Assembly: GCA_020349245.1 (NCBI GenBank)
Contig: CP070764.1
Span: forward strand, 2,770,723-2,834,722
DNA length: 64,000 nucleotides
DNA from: Chloroflexota bacterium
GTDB taxonomy: Bacteria > Chloroflexota > Anaerolineae > Anaerolineales > UBA4823
Direction: 5' to 3'
Shown here: one piece after another, positions 1 to 11,300 of the stretch
Position numbering within the stretch: the first letter of the stretch is position 1
How the letters are laid out: each line of letters starts with the position of its first letter
Notes under the pieces: generated by a model
The model's database searches: none
Seen by the model: the letters and a program-made list of their open reading frames with translations, nothing else
What the model was told of the DNA's origin: nothing
Program-made: the position numbers and the translations under genes

Positions 1-1
1 A

Positions 2-3000
2 TCGCCAGAAACAATTCGAAGTTGGTCTTATGGTGAGGTACTTAAACCTGAGACAATAAATTACCGGCGTCTCCGTCCAGAAAAGGATGGCTTGTTCTGT
101 GAGGCGATATTTGGACCTACACGCGATTGGCAATGCTATTGTGGAAAGTACAAAAATATCCGCTATAAGGGTATTGTCTGCGATAAATGTGGTGTTGAAG
201 TCACCCGATCATCTGTGCGTAGAGAGCGGATGGGGCATATCGATTTGGCGGCTCCAGTTGCTCACGTGTGGTACACCCGTCGTGTTCCCTCATATTTAGG
301 ATTGCTGCTAGATATTTCTCGGCGAAACCTTGACCGGGTCCTGTATTTTGCACAATATGTCGTCACTTACGTTGATGAAGATGCCAGGCAAAAAGCATTA
401 AATCGCTTGGAAGAAAAAATCTCGGTAGTTGAACAGGAACAGATTGGCGAGATCAACTCCAAAATAAAAGAGATCAAGATTGGCCGTGACAATAATATCC
501 AGGCGCTAAGGGATCGCAAAAAAGAGATTGAAACAAAATTTGATGAAGAGATTGCTGAAAAACTTGATCCGATATTAAAAGCAGGTCAGCGACTCGAACA
601 AAAATTGCAGGAAGACATGGGCGAGAAGCCAAAAACTGCGATTCACTTCCCAGATACCGATATTGTTATTGTTGAAGCAAATCAAGCCATAAGTAATAAG
701 CATATTTCGCAAGTTCAAAAAATTGTAAAAGACCAATTGGAAGCGTTAGAGGGCAGTTTAAATGAACAAAAACATACAGAGCTTGAACTTGTGGATAGTG
801 AACTTGAGTCTTTGCGTGCGAAAGCAGATATGGATATGGAGGCACTTCGCAATCAGCTTGAGGACGACGCAGCTCTAGCAAGAGATCAGAATACTCGTTT
901 GCGGGATGAACTTATTGAGCTGCGACCACTGACATTTATGGGTGAAAGTCGCTATCGTGAGCTGAAGTCTCGCTGGGGACAGGTTTTCCGAGCAGACATG
1001 GGTGCCGAAGCCTTTTACGATATTTTACGGCGAATTGACCTAGATAAGCTGGCGGAAGAGCTGTGGCACGAGGTACGCACATCTCGGAGCAAACAAAAAA
1101 GGAAAAAAGCGACCAAGCGGTTAAAGGTTGTGGAAGCTTTTCGCCGTTCAGGAAACCAACCAGAGTGGATGGTCCTTTCAGCTCTCCCTGTCATCCCTCC
1201 TGATCTGCGACCCATGGTGCAGCTTGATGGTGGTCGTTTTGCAACCTCTGATCTGAATGATTTGTATCGCCGGGTGATAAATCGAAATAATCGATTAAAG
1301 CGTCTCCTTGAGCTTGGTGCGCCGGATGTAATCGTTCGCAATGAAAAAAGGATGCTTCAAGAAGCTGTCGATTCATTAATCGATAATTCACAGCGCGGAA
1401 AAGCGCTTTCTCGACGGGGGCGCAGAGAACTCAAATCACTCAGTGACATGCTTAAGGGAAAGAAAGGTCGCTTCCGCAGAAACCTGCTCGGTAAACGAGT
1501 CGATTATTCGGGACGCTCAGTGATTGTAGTGGGCCCAAACCTGAAGCTCTTCCAGTGCGGGCTTCCAAAAAGCATGGCGCTCGAGCTATACAGGCCTTTT
1601 GTGATTTCCCGTTTAGTCTCGCATAATTATGCTGCGAATGTCCGCGGTGCAAAACGCTTTATCGAGCGCAATCGCCCCGAAGTCTGGGAAGTTTTGGAAG
1701 AGGTAATCAAGGAAAGACCAGTCCTGCTTAATCGTGCTCCCACTCTCCACCGGCTCGGTATTCAGGCGTTTGAACCTACGTTGATCGAGGGCAGTGCAAT
1801 CCAACTGCACCCCCTAGTTACCACGGCCTTTAACGCAGACTTTGATGGGGATCAGATGGCTGTCCATGTTCCCTTGTCCCAGAAAGCAGTTTGGGAAGCA
1901 CGGCAGTTGATGCTTTCCTCCCGGAATTTGCTCAAACCAGCAGACGGTGAACCCATTATCAGCCCCTCCAAGGACATGGTCCTCGGTGTTTACTATCTGA
2001 CTACAGAAGGTGAAGACCGAGAGCACCGCGGGGATGGACGTATCTTCGGAACCATGGACGAGGTTGAAATGGCATACCAACTCAACCAAGTTGAAGTCCA
2101 TACAAAAATCAAGTTGTATACATCAACTTGGTACGATGATGAGAATAATCGCCTTTCAGAACCCGAACACCGATTGCTTGATACAACTGTTGGGCGTGTT
2201 CTTTTCAATAATGTCCTCCCAGAAGAAGTACAGTACGTCAATTTTGTGTTGGAAAAAGGTGGACTAAAAGATCTGGTAGCTGAGCTATATGAGATCGTTG
2301 GCGAGGCAGGTACTCCAGAGGTAGCAGACAGGATTAAGGATATTGGATTTGCGTATGCAACCCAATCAGGGTATACGTTGGCAGTCTCTGATATAACAGT
2401 GCCTGAGGCAAAAAGTGAAATTATCGCCGATTCCCTACAGCAGGCAGAGGGTATCCAGCGGGATTTTCGCCGTGGTTTACTCACTGAACAAGAACAGAAT
2501 GAGCGTTTGATCGAGATCTGGCAAAAAACGACAAATGATCTATCCAATATCGTTAAAGAAACCCTGGATCCAAATGGTAATTTGGCTTCAATGGCGAACT
2601 CTGGGGCTACAAAAGGTGGCTTTCAACCGATTTCACAATTGGCTGGGATGCGCGGTTTGATGGCAGATCCTTCAGGACGAATTATTCCACTTCCGATCCG
2701 GTCTAATTTCCGTGAAGGTCTGACTGCCCTGGAATACTTCATCTCAACTCATGGTGCTCGCAAAGGTCTCGCGGACACTGCTTTGAGAACAGCCGATGCT
2801 GGTTATCTGACCCGCCGCCTGGTGGACATCGCCCAAGATGTGATCATAAATGATAATGATTGCGAGACCATGGATGGACAGATGATCAGGTCTACTGATG
2901 ATATCGCCGGACAATCCATGGGCAGCCGAATCTTTGGTCGTTATGCTGCAGCCCCAGTCATCGATCCAGAAACTGGTGAGATATTGGTTGACCGTGACGA

Positions 3001-4276
3001 GATGATCAACTTAGACCAGGTTCGGCGAATAACGAATGCCAATATTGAAACCGTGCTGGTGCGTTCGCCATTGACCTGTGAATTGAACCACGGGATTTGT
3101 GCTAAATGCTATGGTATGGATTTGGGACGAGGGAAGCTGGTCGACGTTGGTGCTGCTGTAGGGATTGTTGCTGCGCAATCGATCGGTGAACCAGGAACCC
3201 AATTGACGTTGCGTACCTTCCATACCGGTGGTGTAGCTGCAGTCGGTGACATCACCACAGGTCTGCCACGTGTTGAAGAGCTTTTTGAAGCCCGGAAAAC
3301 CCCGAAAGGTGAAGCCGTGGTTACTGAAATTGCAGGCGCGGCATTTATTGAGCAATCTGATCGTTACAGTGATTTGCGAGTTGTTCGTGTTGAACAAAGC
3401 GACATGGTCAGCGAAGAATACACGCTTCCTGCTGGATATAGCATTGCAGTTGAGGATGGTAGCGAAGTCAAGGAAGGCGAGCTTTTGGCGAGTCTTGATG
3501 ATGCACAGATCGTTGCCGAAAACGCGGGTAAGGTTCGTATTGAGCAGGCAGAGGATCAGGAAAACGAAAAAGTTATCGTCTCCTATGAAGTCCGCCAGGA
3601 GGAGGAGTACGAGATCCCAAGCAATGCCCGTTTGTTAGTAAGAAACGGTGATCATGTAGAACCCGGACAGCCTCTGACAGAAGGTTCCCTTAATCCACAC
3701 TTAATTTTGCGTATTCAGGGACGTAAAGAATGCCAGAAATACTTGCTTTCCGAGGTTCAAAAAGTTTATCGGTCGCAGGGGCAAAATATTAACGATAAAC
3801 ATTTCGAGGTCATTATCCGCAAGATGATGTCCAAGGTTCAAATAACCCGTCCCGGAGATACAGAATTTCTACCTGGAGATCTCGTGGATTACCTTGAACT
3901 GAAACGAGAAAACGAGCGCTTGCTAGGCGAGGATTTACGACCAGCTCGATTTTTGGAGGTATTGTTGGGGATTACCAAAGCCTCCTTGAGCACCGAATCT
4001 TTCCTTTCAGCCTCCTCATTCCAGCACACGATAAAGGTGCTTGCCCAAGCAGCAATTTCAGCTTCTGAAGATAACCTGTATGGTTTGAAAGAGAACGTGA
4101 TCATCGGAAAATTAATACCTGCAGGAACAGGATTTGTCCCTGGTCGCTTCACTGAGGAAGAAATGGAAGAACTAATCCAAAGTGAACAAGAGGAAGAGTT
4201 CGAAGAATCAATTCTGGCTGAAGCTCTTTCAGATGACGGTCTTGGGGCACCTCCACCACCCGTTGCTGCAGATTAA
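2..4276 (+). CDS. rpoC: DNA-directed RNA polymerase subunit beta' (5' end truncated by window edge)
   Basis: The reading frame is open from nt 2 ([22 protein letters not shown]...). It has the zinc motif [14 protein letters not shown], the catalytic NADFDGDQM motif, and conserved C-terminal blocks. TAA stop at 4274-4276. Confidence 0.97.
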   Translation, partial: SPETIRSWSYGEVLKPETINYRRLRPEKDGLFCEAIFGPTRDWQCYCGKYKNIRYKGIVCDKCGVEVTRSSVRRERMGHIDLAAPVAHVWYTRRVPSYLGLLLDISRRNLDRVLYFAQYVVTYVDEDARQKALNRLEEKISVVEQEQIGEINSKIKEIKIGRDNNIQALRDRKKEIETKFDEEIAEKLDPILKAGQRLEQKLQEDMGEKPKTAIHFPDTDIVIVEANQAISNKHISQVQKIVKDQLEALEGSLNEQKHTELELVDSELESLRAKADMDMEALRNQLEDDAALARDQNTRLRDELIELRPLTFMGESRYRELKSRWGQVFRADMGAEAFYDILRRIDLDKLAEELWHEVRTSRSKQKRKKATKRLKVVEAFRRSGNQPEWMVLSALPVIPPDLRPMVQLDGGRFATSDLNDLYRRVINRNNRLKRLLELGAPDVIVRNEKRMLQEAVDSLIDNSQRGKALSRRGRRELKSLSDMLKGKKGRFRRNLLGKRVDYSGRSVIVVGPNLKLFQCGLPKSMALELYRPFVISRLVSHNYAANVRGAKRFIERNRPEVWEVLEEVIKERPVLLNRAPTLHRLGIQAFEPTLIEGSAIQLHPLVTTAFNADFDGDQMAVHVPLSQKAVWEARQLMLSSRNLLKPADGEPIISPSKDMVLGVYYLTTEGEDREHRGDGRIFGTMDEVEMAYQLNQVEVHTKIKLYTSTWYDDENNRLSEPEHRLLDTTVGRVLFNNVLPEEVQYVNFVLEKGGLKDLVAELYEIVGEAGTPEVADRIKDIGFAYATQSGYTLAVSDITVPEAKSEIIADSLQQAEGIQRDFRRGLLTEQEQNERLIEIWQKTTNDLSNIVKETLDPNGNLASMANSGATKGGFQPISQLAGMRGLMADPSGRIIPLPIRSNFREGLTALEYFISTHGARKGLADTALRTADAGYLTRRLVDIAQDVIINDNDCETMDGQMIRSTDDIAGQSMGSRIFGRYAAAPVIDPETGEILVDRDEMINLDQVRRITNANIETVLVRSPLTCELNHGICAKCYGMDLGRGKLVDVGAAVGIVAAQSIGEPGTQLTLRTFHTGGVAAVGDITTGLPRVEELFEARKTPKGEAVVTEIAGAAFIEQSDRYSDLRVVRVEQSDMVSEEYTLPAGYSIAVEDGSEVKEGELLASLDDAQIVAENAGKVRIEQAEDQENEKVIVSYEVRQEEEYEIPSNARLLVRNGDHVEPGQPLTEGSLNPHLILRIQGRKECQKYLLSEVQKVYRSQGQNINDKHFEVIIRKMMSKVQITRPGDTEFLPGDLVDYLELKRENERLLGEDLRPARFLEVLLGITKASLSTESFLSASSFQHTIKVLAQAAISASEDNLYGLKENVIIGKLIPAGTGFVPGRFTEEEMEELIQSEQEEEFEESILAEALSDDGLGAPPPPVAAD

Positions 4277-4300
4277 TTGAGATACCCAATCTGGATGATA

Positions 4301-4335
4301 AATACACCAGGGATTTCCCTGGTGTATTTTTATTT
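4301..4335 (+). terminator. Rho-independent terminator after rpoC
   Basis: Perfect 10-bp stem tacaccaggg/ccctggtgta (4303-4312 / 4317-4326) with loop attt, followed by ttttTattt. Confidence 0.75.
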
Positions 4336-4372
4336 GTCTGTATTATTTCTTTGCAAGGTGAATATTGGTTGT

Positions 4373-4396
4373 GCAACTTTTCTGATTTTTCCACGT
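4373..4396 (+). promoter_or_regulatory. Candidate ECF-type promoter (GCAAC-N15-CGTA) upstream of the sigma gene
   Basis: An AAC at 4375-4377 and a CGT at 4393-4395 resemble the ECF -35/-10 pattern AAC-N16-17-CGT. The spacing is one nt short. Confidence 0.2.
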
Positions 4397-4473
4397 ATAC
4401 TTAATCAGAGTGAAGCAATAGCGATTGTCTGCGGACTAGATGATGTCCTAACAAGAAAAAGAGGAGCAATGCA

Positions 4474-5067
4474 GTGCCGGAAGTGGATTTAGATAGCCTG
4501 ATTCTGGCTCAACAAGGAGATACACAGGCATTTACGGAATTGGTTGAGGCACATCAGGTGGCTGTATATAACCTTTGCCTGCGGATGTTGGGTGATCCTT
4601 ATGAAGCTGAAGATGCAGCACAAGAGACTTTTCTCAGAGCATATAAAGCCATGAAAACGTACGATAGTAAACGATCATTTTCCACATGGTTATTGTCGAT
4701 CGCTGCTCATTATTGTATTGACCAACTTCGTAGAAACCGGCTGAGTGTGACTCATTTTGAAGAAAATCCTTATTTAGATGTCCCGGATCCAAAACCAACG
4801 CCAGAAGGCTTGATTGCCGATAGTGAGCAACAAAAAAGAGTTCGTTCCTTATTAAACGTTCTTAGCGAGACTGACAGGGCAGCGATGATTATGTTTTATT
4901 GGTACGATTTTTCTTACGAGGAGATAGCCAGAGCCTTGAATTTATCGATCAGTGCTGTGAAGAGCCGTATGCACCGAGCGCGGTTGGAACTTGCGAAAAC
5001 CTGGAATGATCAGAAACAAACCATCACAGGTTTGGAAAGGCAATCATATGGATCACAAGCCTTTTGA
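4474..5067 (+). CDS. ECF-family RNA polymerase sigma-70 factor
   Basis: GTG start, 197 aa. Region 2 (DAAQETFLRAYK, WLLSIAAHYCIDQLRR) and region 4 (YEEIARALNLSISAVKSRMHRAR) motifs are present. Confidence 0.9.
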   Translation: MPEVDLDSLILAQQGDTQAFTELVEAHQVAVYNLCLRMLGDPYEAEDAAQETFLRAYKAMKTYDSKRSFSTWLLSIAAHYCIDQLRRNRLSVTHFEENPYLDVPDPKPTPEGLIADSEQQKRVRSLLNVLSETDRAAMIMFYWYDFSYEEIARALNLSISAVKSRMHRARLELAKTWNDQKQTITGLERQSYGSQAF

Positions 5068-5599
5068 ATCAATGCTGGTTTCGGAGGAGCCCCTCTCCCA
5101 AGTTGAGAAACAGCTGTTACAGGAGCATATTGAGTCATGTGCATCTTGCCGCCAGCTATCTATTTCTTGGGGAGAGGTGAATAATTTCTTCGAAATTCAA
5201 CCCTTAGCGAAGCCATTGGCAGGATTTACCAGCCGCTGGCAGGCAAGATTAATTGTGTTCAATGCACGGGAACTCGAGATAAGGGAAAAACGGGCTTCAT
5301 GGGTCTTCTTTGCTTCTACCGCGGCAGCAGCACTTGTTGTGTTCCTAATCATGGTCGTCCAATTCTTAAATTCTTTCCAAACTCCACTCCAAGTATTTAT
5401 CACCGGTGCAGCCATGTTTGCCGGATTGGTAAACCTCGCCAGTGCAGCGCAGGTTGCTTTTATCCCAATTGTCGAGTTGGTAGTTGTCAGGGTACCAAGT
5501 GTTTGGTGGTTTGCTATCGCTGGTTCAGCATGCATATTAATTTTAGCACTTACTTTTTCTGTAAGAAGAATTCTATATCCAAGGAGGGTATCCTTATGA
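5048..5599 (+). CDS. Zinc-binding (ZAS-type) membrane anti-sigma factor
   Basis: ATG at 5048 overlaps the sigma gene stop by 20 nt. It has the H-x3-C-x2-C motif (HIESCASC) near the N-terminus, followed by several hydrophobic helices. The longer track ORF from 4991 is probably an upstream extension. Confidence 0.75.
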   Translation: MDHKPFESMLVSEEPLSQVEKQLLQEHIESCASCRQLSISWGEVNNFFEIQPLAKPLAGFTSRWQARLIVFNARELEIREKRASWVFFASTAAAALVVFLIMVVQFLNSFQTPLQVFITGAAMFAGLVNLASAAQVAFIPIVELVVVRVPSVWWFAIAGSACILILALTFSVRRILYPRRVSL

Positions 5600-6693
5600 A
5601 AAAGCAATACAAGTTACTCGTTCTTCTGGTCGTCATGGTGATTCTATCTATCCCAGGCACTGCACTGGCGAAAGAATACCAAGATGACCGCGTGGTTGCC
5701 GGAGGTACGTTCTCACTAGAAAGCGGTGAAACGCTCGATGGCAGCTTGATCGTTTTCGGCGGTACGGTATCCATTGAACAAAATGCCACCGTTAGACGAG
5801 ATGTTGTTGTTCTTGGCGGCATAGCCACTATAGAGGGAGATGTGGGGGGGAATGTTGTCGGTGTTGGTGGTGTTATTAACCTCCGAGAAACTTCAACTGT
5901 CGGAGGTGACCTAACTACTGTTGCAGCAACCTTGAACCGCGATCCTGGCTCCCAGGTGAATGGCCAGGTCATCACAAGTGTGGATATTCCGGCGCTTTCT
6001 ATGCTGCCCAGCTCAATCGACATCCCCGCCATCACGAGATTTGAGCCAAGTTTCTATAATCCTGGCGAGTACACGGTATGGAGGGTATTCTGGTTTATCT
6101 TCCGTATATTATTGTGGGGTGCATTAGCTGCCTTGGTGGCTATGTTCTTGCCGAAGCAAACTACTCGGGTGTCTCAAACGATTGTCAAAGAACCTGTCCT
6201 GTCAGGTGGGCTAGGGTTGCTAACTATAATCATTGCACCGATCGTTTTATTGTTACTGGCGATCACGTGCATTCTTTCCCCGGTTAGCTTGCTAGGAATC
6301 TTAGTACTGGTAATCGCTTGGGCTTTTGGAAGAATAGCAATTGGTCTCGAAATTGGGCTGCGGATTGCTAAAGCATTCAACCGAGAGTGGCCTTTGCCTC
6401 TTGCGGCTGGTGTCGGTACATTCGGATTAGCACTCGTTGTCGACGGCCTCGGAACATTCATTTTCTGTGTTGGTTGGTTGATCCCAACAATTGTGGGAAT
6501 GTTCGGACTCGGTGGTGTTCTCCTCACACGCTTTGGTACACAATCACATCCCAAAGAAAGCCAGCTTGCTGAAACAGGTGAGGCAGATTTCCCAGCCGAG
6601 CTCATCGACAGCCCTGAACCCGCCTCCCTGGAGGATCAGGCATCAGACGCTGATCCAGCTGATGAGATTCCGGATCCGTCAGGAGAAAAATAA
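5596..6693 (+). CDS. Secreted beta-helix repeat (bactofilin/CcmA-like) domain fused to a polytopic membrane domain; hypothetical
   Basis: AAGGAGGG RBS upstream of ATG 5596. Signal peptide MKKQYKLLVLLVVMVILSIPGTALA. Gly/Val-rich repeats (GGTVSIEQNATVRRDVVVLGGIATIEGDVGGNVVGVGG). About 5 TM helices and an acidic tail. Track ORF 5299.. is an out-of-context extension. Confidence 0.7.
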   Translation: MKKQYKLLVLLVVMVILSIPGTALAKEYQDDRVVAGGTFSLESGETLDGSLIVFGGTVSIEQNATVRRDVVVLGGIATIEGDVGGNVVGVGGVINLRETSTVGGDLTTVAATLNRDPGSQVNGQVITSVDIPALSMLPSSIDIPAITRFEPSFYNPGEYTVWRVFWFIFRILLWGALAALVAMFLPKQTTRVSQTIVKEPVLSGGLGLLTIIIAPIVLLLLAITCILSPVSLLGILVLVIAWAFGRIAIGLEIGLRIAKAFNREWPLPLAAGVGTFGLALVVDGLGTFIFCVGWLIPTIVGMFGLGGVLLTRFGTQSHPKESQLAETGEADFPAELIDSPEPASLEDQASDADPADEIPDPSGEK

Positions 6694-6752
6694 AGATGGA
6701 GAATCGATGAGATAAAAAAATTCTTCTTCAACAATTGAATAAAAAAGAATAT

Positions 6753-6807
6753 CCCTCCCCGGAATACTGATTGAATTTCATTCAAAAAAACAGGGAGGGG
6801 TATTTTT
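6753..6807. terminator. Compound hairpin / possible bidirectional terminator between convergent genes
   Basis: An imperfect ccctcccc ... gggagggg outer stem encloses a tgaat-ttc-attca hairpin and is followed by tattttt. The outer-stem pairing is imperfect. Confidence 0.35.
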
Positions 6808-6999
6808 GTTATTAGTGATCTTTTCAGCTGGGATAATTGATAGTTATAGAAAATGAAATCAAGTAAGGATTGATTTGTATAGAGAGACTTGATCCCGCTG
6901 TTGAATATACCCGATTCAGAACAATTTACACCAGAAAATTGAGAGCTTGGGATAGATTGTTGAGATTGCGTATTTAATTAATAGAGTGAGCGTGAAATT

Positions 7000-7020
7000 C
7001 AATGGGGAATTAATTAATAT
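7000..7020 (+). repeat. Left copy of an imperfect direct repeat flanking era
   Basis: caatggggaattaattaatat matches 8072-8092 at 18/21 positions. Weaker similarity continues for about 25 nt (..ttttcac.gg). Confidence 0.5.
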
Positions 7021-7062
7021 TGAACTAATCTATTTTTCACAGGTAGCATGAGGAAATCGAAT

Positions 7063-7971
7063 TTAGTATTTAAAACCAAATAGATTAAGGGCTGCATCAT
7101 CATTTCGCCAATTCTTGCGCACTTTTACACGGAGCTGCAAATACACCTTGCGCCCCAGTAATTCTTCAATTTTCAAGCGTGCATCGATTCCAATCTTCTT
7201 CAGCCTTTCTCCACCCTGACCAATAACGATTCCCTTCTGGGAATCGCGTTCAACAAACAAGGTCGCAGCAATATAAGTTGTTCTTTCGTCTCTATCTTTA
7301 AATTCATCAATACGCACAGCAATGCTATGCGGAATTTCTGCGCGCAAATTAAACAATATTGATTCGCGAATGAGATCTGCAGCGATTTCTCGCTCATAAA
7401 GATCGGTTAACTGGTCTTCGGGGAAGAAAGGTGGTCCTTCTGGGAGTAATACGATCATTTGTTGAACCAATTGATCAAGATTCATTCCCAGGGTTGATGA
7501 AATTAAAAGTGTGTCTGCGTGAGGAAGTAATTCCTGGTACAAAAATGTGTGTTTCTTATTGATCTCCTCAGATTCGATATCAGCTTTATTCAAGGCCATC
7601 AGGATAGGAATAGATCTCTTGATGCCAGACAGCGCGTTGGCTAGCAAACGATCTTCTTCGTGTGGTGGTTGACTGATATCGACCAAGAATAAGATAATGT
7701 CACTTTCTTCCAGCACTTGGAGTGCTTCCTGGTTCATCCTTTCACCAAGTTTATGAATAGGATTGTGAAATCCCGGTGTATCAACAAAAACAATCTGCGC
7801 TTTCTCAAGGGTAAGAATGCCCATTTGGGCTTTGCGGGTTGTCTGCGGCCAGGGTGAAGTTGCCGCGATCTTTGTGCCTAATAGCTGATTAATTAATGTC
7901 GATTTGCCTACATTTGGGCGTCCCATGACCGCCACAAACCCGGACTTAAAATTTGAAGGATATTGGTCCAT
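7063..7971 (-). CDS. era: GTPase Era
   Basis: G1 GRPNVGKST, G3 DTPG, G4 NKAD, and a C-terminal KH domain (FVERDSQKGIVIGQGG). 302 aa. Confidence 0.95.
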   Translation of the reverse strand: MDQYPSNFKSGFVAVMGRPNVGKSTLINQLLGTKIAATSPWPQTTRKAQMGILTLEKAQIVFVDTPGFHNPIHKLGERMNQEALQVLEESDIILFLVDISQPPHEEDRLLANALSGIKRSIPILMALNKADIESEEINKKHTFLYQELLPHADTLLISSTLGMNLDQLVQQMIVLLPEGPPFFPEDQLTDLYEREIAADLIRESILFNLRAEIPHSIAVRIDEFKDRDERTTYIAATLFVERDSQKGIVIGQGGERLKKIGIDARLKIEELLGRKVYLQLRVKVRKNWRNDDAALNLFGFKY

Positions 7972-8071
7972 AGCACTATTCTATCATTGGGAAATGAATA
8001 AGAGTAACCCTTGATGATAAGAGTGGATTGGATGTCAACAGCTGGGCAAGAAAGCTGGTGATGGCTAGATG

Positions 8072-8092
8072 CAACGGGGAATTAACCAATAT
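8072..8092 (+). repeat. Right copy of an imperfect direct repeat flanking era
   Basis: caacggggaattaaccaatat matches 7000-7020 at 18/21 positions. Confidence 0.5.
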
Positions 8093-8190
8093 CATGCAGA
8101 TTTTCACCGGGAACAGTTAGAATTGCTCGAATAATTGCTGTGCAGAGTGAATTTTCATGTTAGTTTTCTGACTACATAAGCATAATTAGC

Positions 8191-8220
8191 TTGACTTTAA
8201 ATAAATATTTCTGCTATAAT
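8191..8220 (+). promoter_or_regulatory. Sigma-70-like promoter upstream of rpoB (TTGACT-18-TATAAT)
   Basis: ttgact at 8191-8196 and tataat at 8215-8220. A ~160-nt leader follows and contains a long hairpin (attgcgta 8294-8301 / tacgcaat 8331-8338). Confidence 0.5.
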
Positions 8221-8383
8221 TATCTCTTGTCTATTCGGTTAAACACACGTTAGCGAAGATATTGATCGAAAATTTATTATAAAGCAAATCAAGATTGCGT
8301 AGAACGCTTGGTGATTCAGCCATCGCGTTGTACGCAATACGCGTGTTAGTAACAAAAGAAGTTGGATTTATTAGGAGCAACTT

Positions 8384-11300
8384 ATGGCATCCTCTGTAGC
8401 AAGTAAATCTTATGCTCGCATAGATGTAACGATTCCACTCCCTGATCTGATTGAAGTACAGATTGAGTCATTCCAGAGGTTAAAATCGGAGGGTTTGGCG
8501 GATCTCTTCCACGAGATCTCACCCATTGAATCGTATAACAAGGGCATGAAGCTTTACTTTCCAAGCCGGACACCCGAGTCCGAAGAATGGGGACTCAAAT
8601 ACTGGTTTGATGAGCCGAAATATTCAATCGAAGATTGCGTTGAGCGTGATTTGACATACGCTTCGCCACTGTATGTGTCGGTCCTGCTCGCAGGACCGGA
8701 TGTCCCTGAACCAATTAAGCAGGACATATTCCTAGGCGACTTCCCAGAGATGACTGAAAAAGGCACTTTCATTATTAATGGTACTGAACGGGTTGTCGTT
8801 TCGCAGTTAATCAGGTCTCCTGGCGTTTACTTCGAAGCACCTATTGATCGCTCGACAGGACGCCCATTGGCTATTGCAAAGTTAATTCCAGATCGCGGCG
8901 CGTGGATGGAATTTGAAACGCGCAAGAGTGATTACCTGACTCTCCGATTTAACCGCAAGCGTATCGTGCCAGTGACCATTTTCTTACGAGCACTTGCAAC
9001 CGTGGATGATGGATTGCCTGATCCACCATTAAAGGAAGGTACCGACGAGGAGCTTCTCGAAATCTTCAGCGATGTCGATAACAATCCAGACCGGATGTTT
9101 ATCGCCTCCACACTTGCTCAAGAACCTGAGTGGGATCTGACTCAAGGACATTCGATCGCAGAAGAGGCACTCCTCGAGTTCTTCAGGCGGATGCGTCCGG
9201 GTGATCCTGCAACCTTGGATAACGCCCGTGAATTCCTTGAAGAGCAGCTTTTTGATCAGCGCCATTACGATTTGGAACGCGTGGGTCGTTATAAACTCAA
9301 CCAGAAACTGCAGCTTTACGAGCACGTGAATATTAACCACCGCATGATCACCAAGTGGGATCTTATTTTCCTGGTGCGGCGGATGATTGCAATTAATAAT
9401 GGCATCCAGTCAGCGGATGACATTGACCATCTAGGTAATCGCCGCGCAAAAACCGTGGGAGAACTGATACAGAACAAGCTGCGGATCGGTATGCGCCGTA
9501 TGGAGCGGGTAATCAAGGAACGTATGTCAATCCGTGATCAAGATCAGCTTTCACCAATCACGCTGATAAATATCCGTCCGGTTGTTGCTGCCCTGCGGGA
9601 ATTTTTCGGTTCGAGCCAGTTATCCCAATTCATGGATCAAACGAACCCGCTTGCCGAATTACGACACAAGCGAACCTTATCAGCCCTAGGTCCAGGCGGT
9701 CTGCGGCGAGAACGGGCTGGTTTCGATGTGCGGGATGTCCATCATTCCCACTATGGTCGAATTTGCCCGATCGAGACACCGGAAGGACCAAATATCGGTC
9801 TAATCGGTCGCTTAGCCTCATTTGCCCGAGTAAACCAATACGGGTTTATCGAGACTCCATACCGAAAAGTTTTGAAATCTTTGCCAGCCAGGGATGATCG
9901 GCTGGTTGACAGGGTTCTACGAGAAGACCTCGAACACGAGAAAACCGGAAAAGCGATAGGCAAAGCCGGGGAGCGTATCACAAAGCAGATGGCTCGATCG
10001 ATTCCCTCCTCCGGAAAGGAAGAAATTCTTATAGTTCCCTTCGTTTCCGATGAACGCGAGTATTTGTCTGCAGATGAGGAGGATAAATTTGTCATCGCCC
10101 AGGCAAACACTCCTTTAACAGATAATAATGAATTTGTCCGGGGTCGCGTTTCAGGGCGATTGCATTCAGGATTCGATTTCTTTGCCCCTGAAAATATCGA
10201 TTATATGGATGTGGCTCCCAACCAAACAGTTGGGATCAGTGCTGGCTTGATACCTTTCCTGGAACATGACGATGCCAACCGTGCCTTGATGGGATCGAAT
10301 ATGCAAGCACAGGCAGTTCCCCTGGTAAAACCAGATATTCCCCAAGTTTCAACCGGTATGGAATTCCATGCTGCCAGAGATTCTGGGCAGGTGATTGTCG
10401 CTGAGGAAGATGGCGAAGTCGTATCTGTGACTGGCAAGCATGTGCTGGTCAGGAACGGTGATGGCGATCACCTATATCAATTACGGAAATATCAACGATC
10501 AAATCAGAGCACCTGTATCGATCAGCGTCCCGCGGTGGTAAAAGGTCAACGGATCCATCGGGGGGATGTAATCGCAGATTCTTCTTCTACAGATGCTGGA
10601 GAGCTGGCTCTTGGTCAAAATGTAACCGTGGCATTTCTTTCATGGGAGGGGGCAAATTTCGAAGATGCCATCGTTATCTCCGAACGGCTTGTCCAGGATG
10701 ATTTATATACCTCTGTGCACATCGAAAAATACGAAGTTGAATCACGGGACACCAGGTTAGGTCCTGAGGAGATCACCCGCGATATTCCAAATGTCGGAGA
10801 AGATGCGATTAAAGATTTGGACGAACAGGGAATTATTCGCATCGGAGCAGAAGTTGGTCCGAATGATATCCTGGTGGGAAAAATTTCCCCGAAGGGTGAA
10901 AGGGAACTGTCTCCAGAAGAAAGATTACTCCGGGCAATTTTTGGGGAGAAATCACGCGATGTTAAAGATACCTCATTGCGGATGCCGCATGGTGAACGAG
11001 GAAAAGTTGTCGATGTGAAAGTATTCACCAGAGAGGACAATTCGGACCTATCCGCGGGTGTGGATATGATGGTCCGCGTGTCTGTTGCACAGCGGAGAAA
11101 AATTACCGCTGGTGATAAGATGGCTGGCCGTCATGGCAATAAAGGGGTTGTCTCCCGCGTCGTTCCTGCAGAGGATATGCCATTCCTGGAGGATGGAACA
11201 CCGATCGATATCATTCTCAACCCAACAGGTATCCCGGGGCGAATGAACCTGGGACAGGTTCTTGAAACTCATCTAGGCTGGGCAGCCAGCCGACTCGGAT

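Noticed and set aside
87-299. 70-aa ORF at the window start
   Set aside because: It is out of frame within rpoC, whose frame is open from nt 2 and encodes the conserved beta' N-terminus.
4149-4492. Small ORFs (81 aa minus strand, 71 aa plus strand) in the rpoC-sigma spacer
   Set aside because: They span the rpoC terminator hairpin and the AT-rich promoter region. They have no RBS and non-protein-like sequence.
5299-5595. Upstream extension of the 5299-6693 ORF (MGLLCFYRGSS...)
   Set aside because: It overlaps the anti-sigma gene in another frame and is Cys/Arg-rich. A strong RBS plus signal peptide at 5596 marks the real start.
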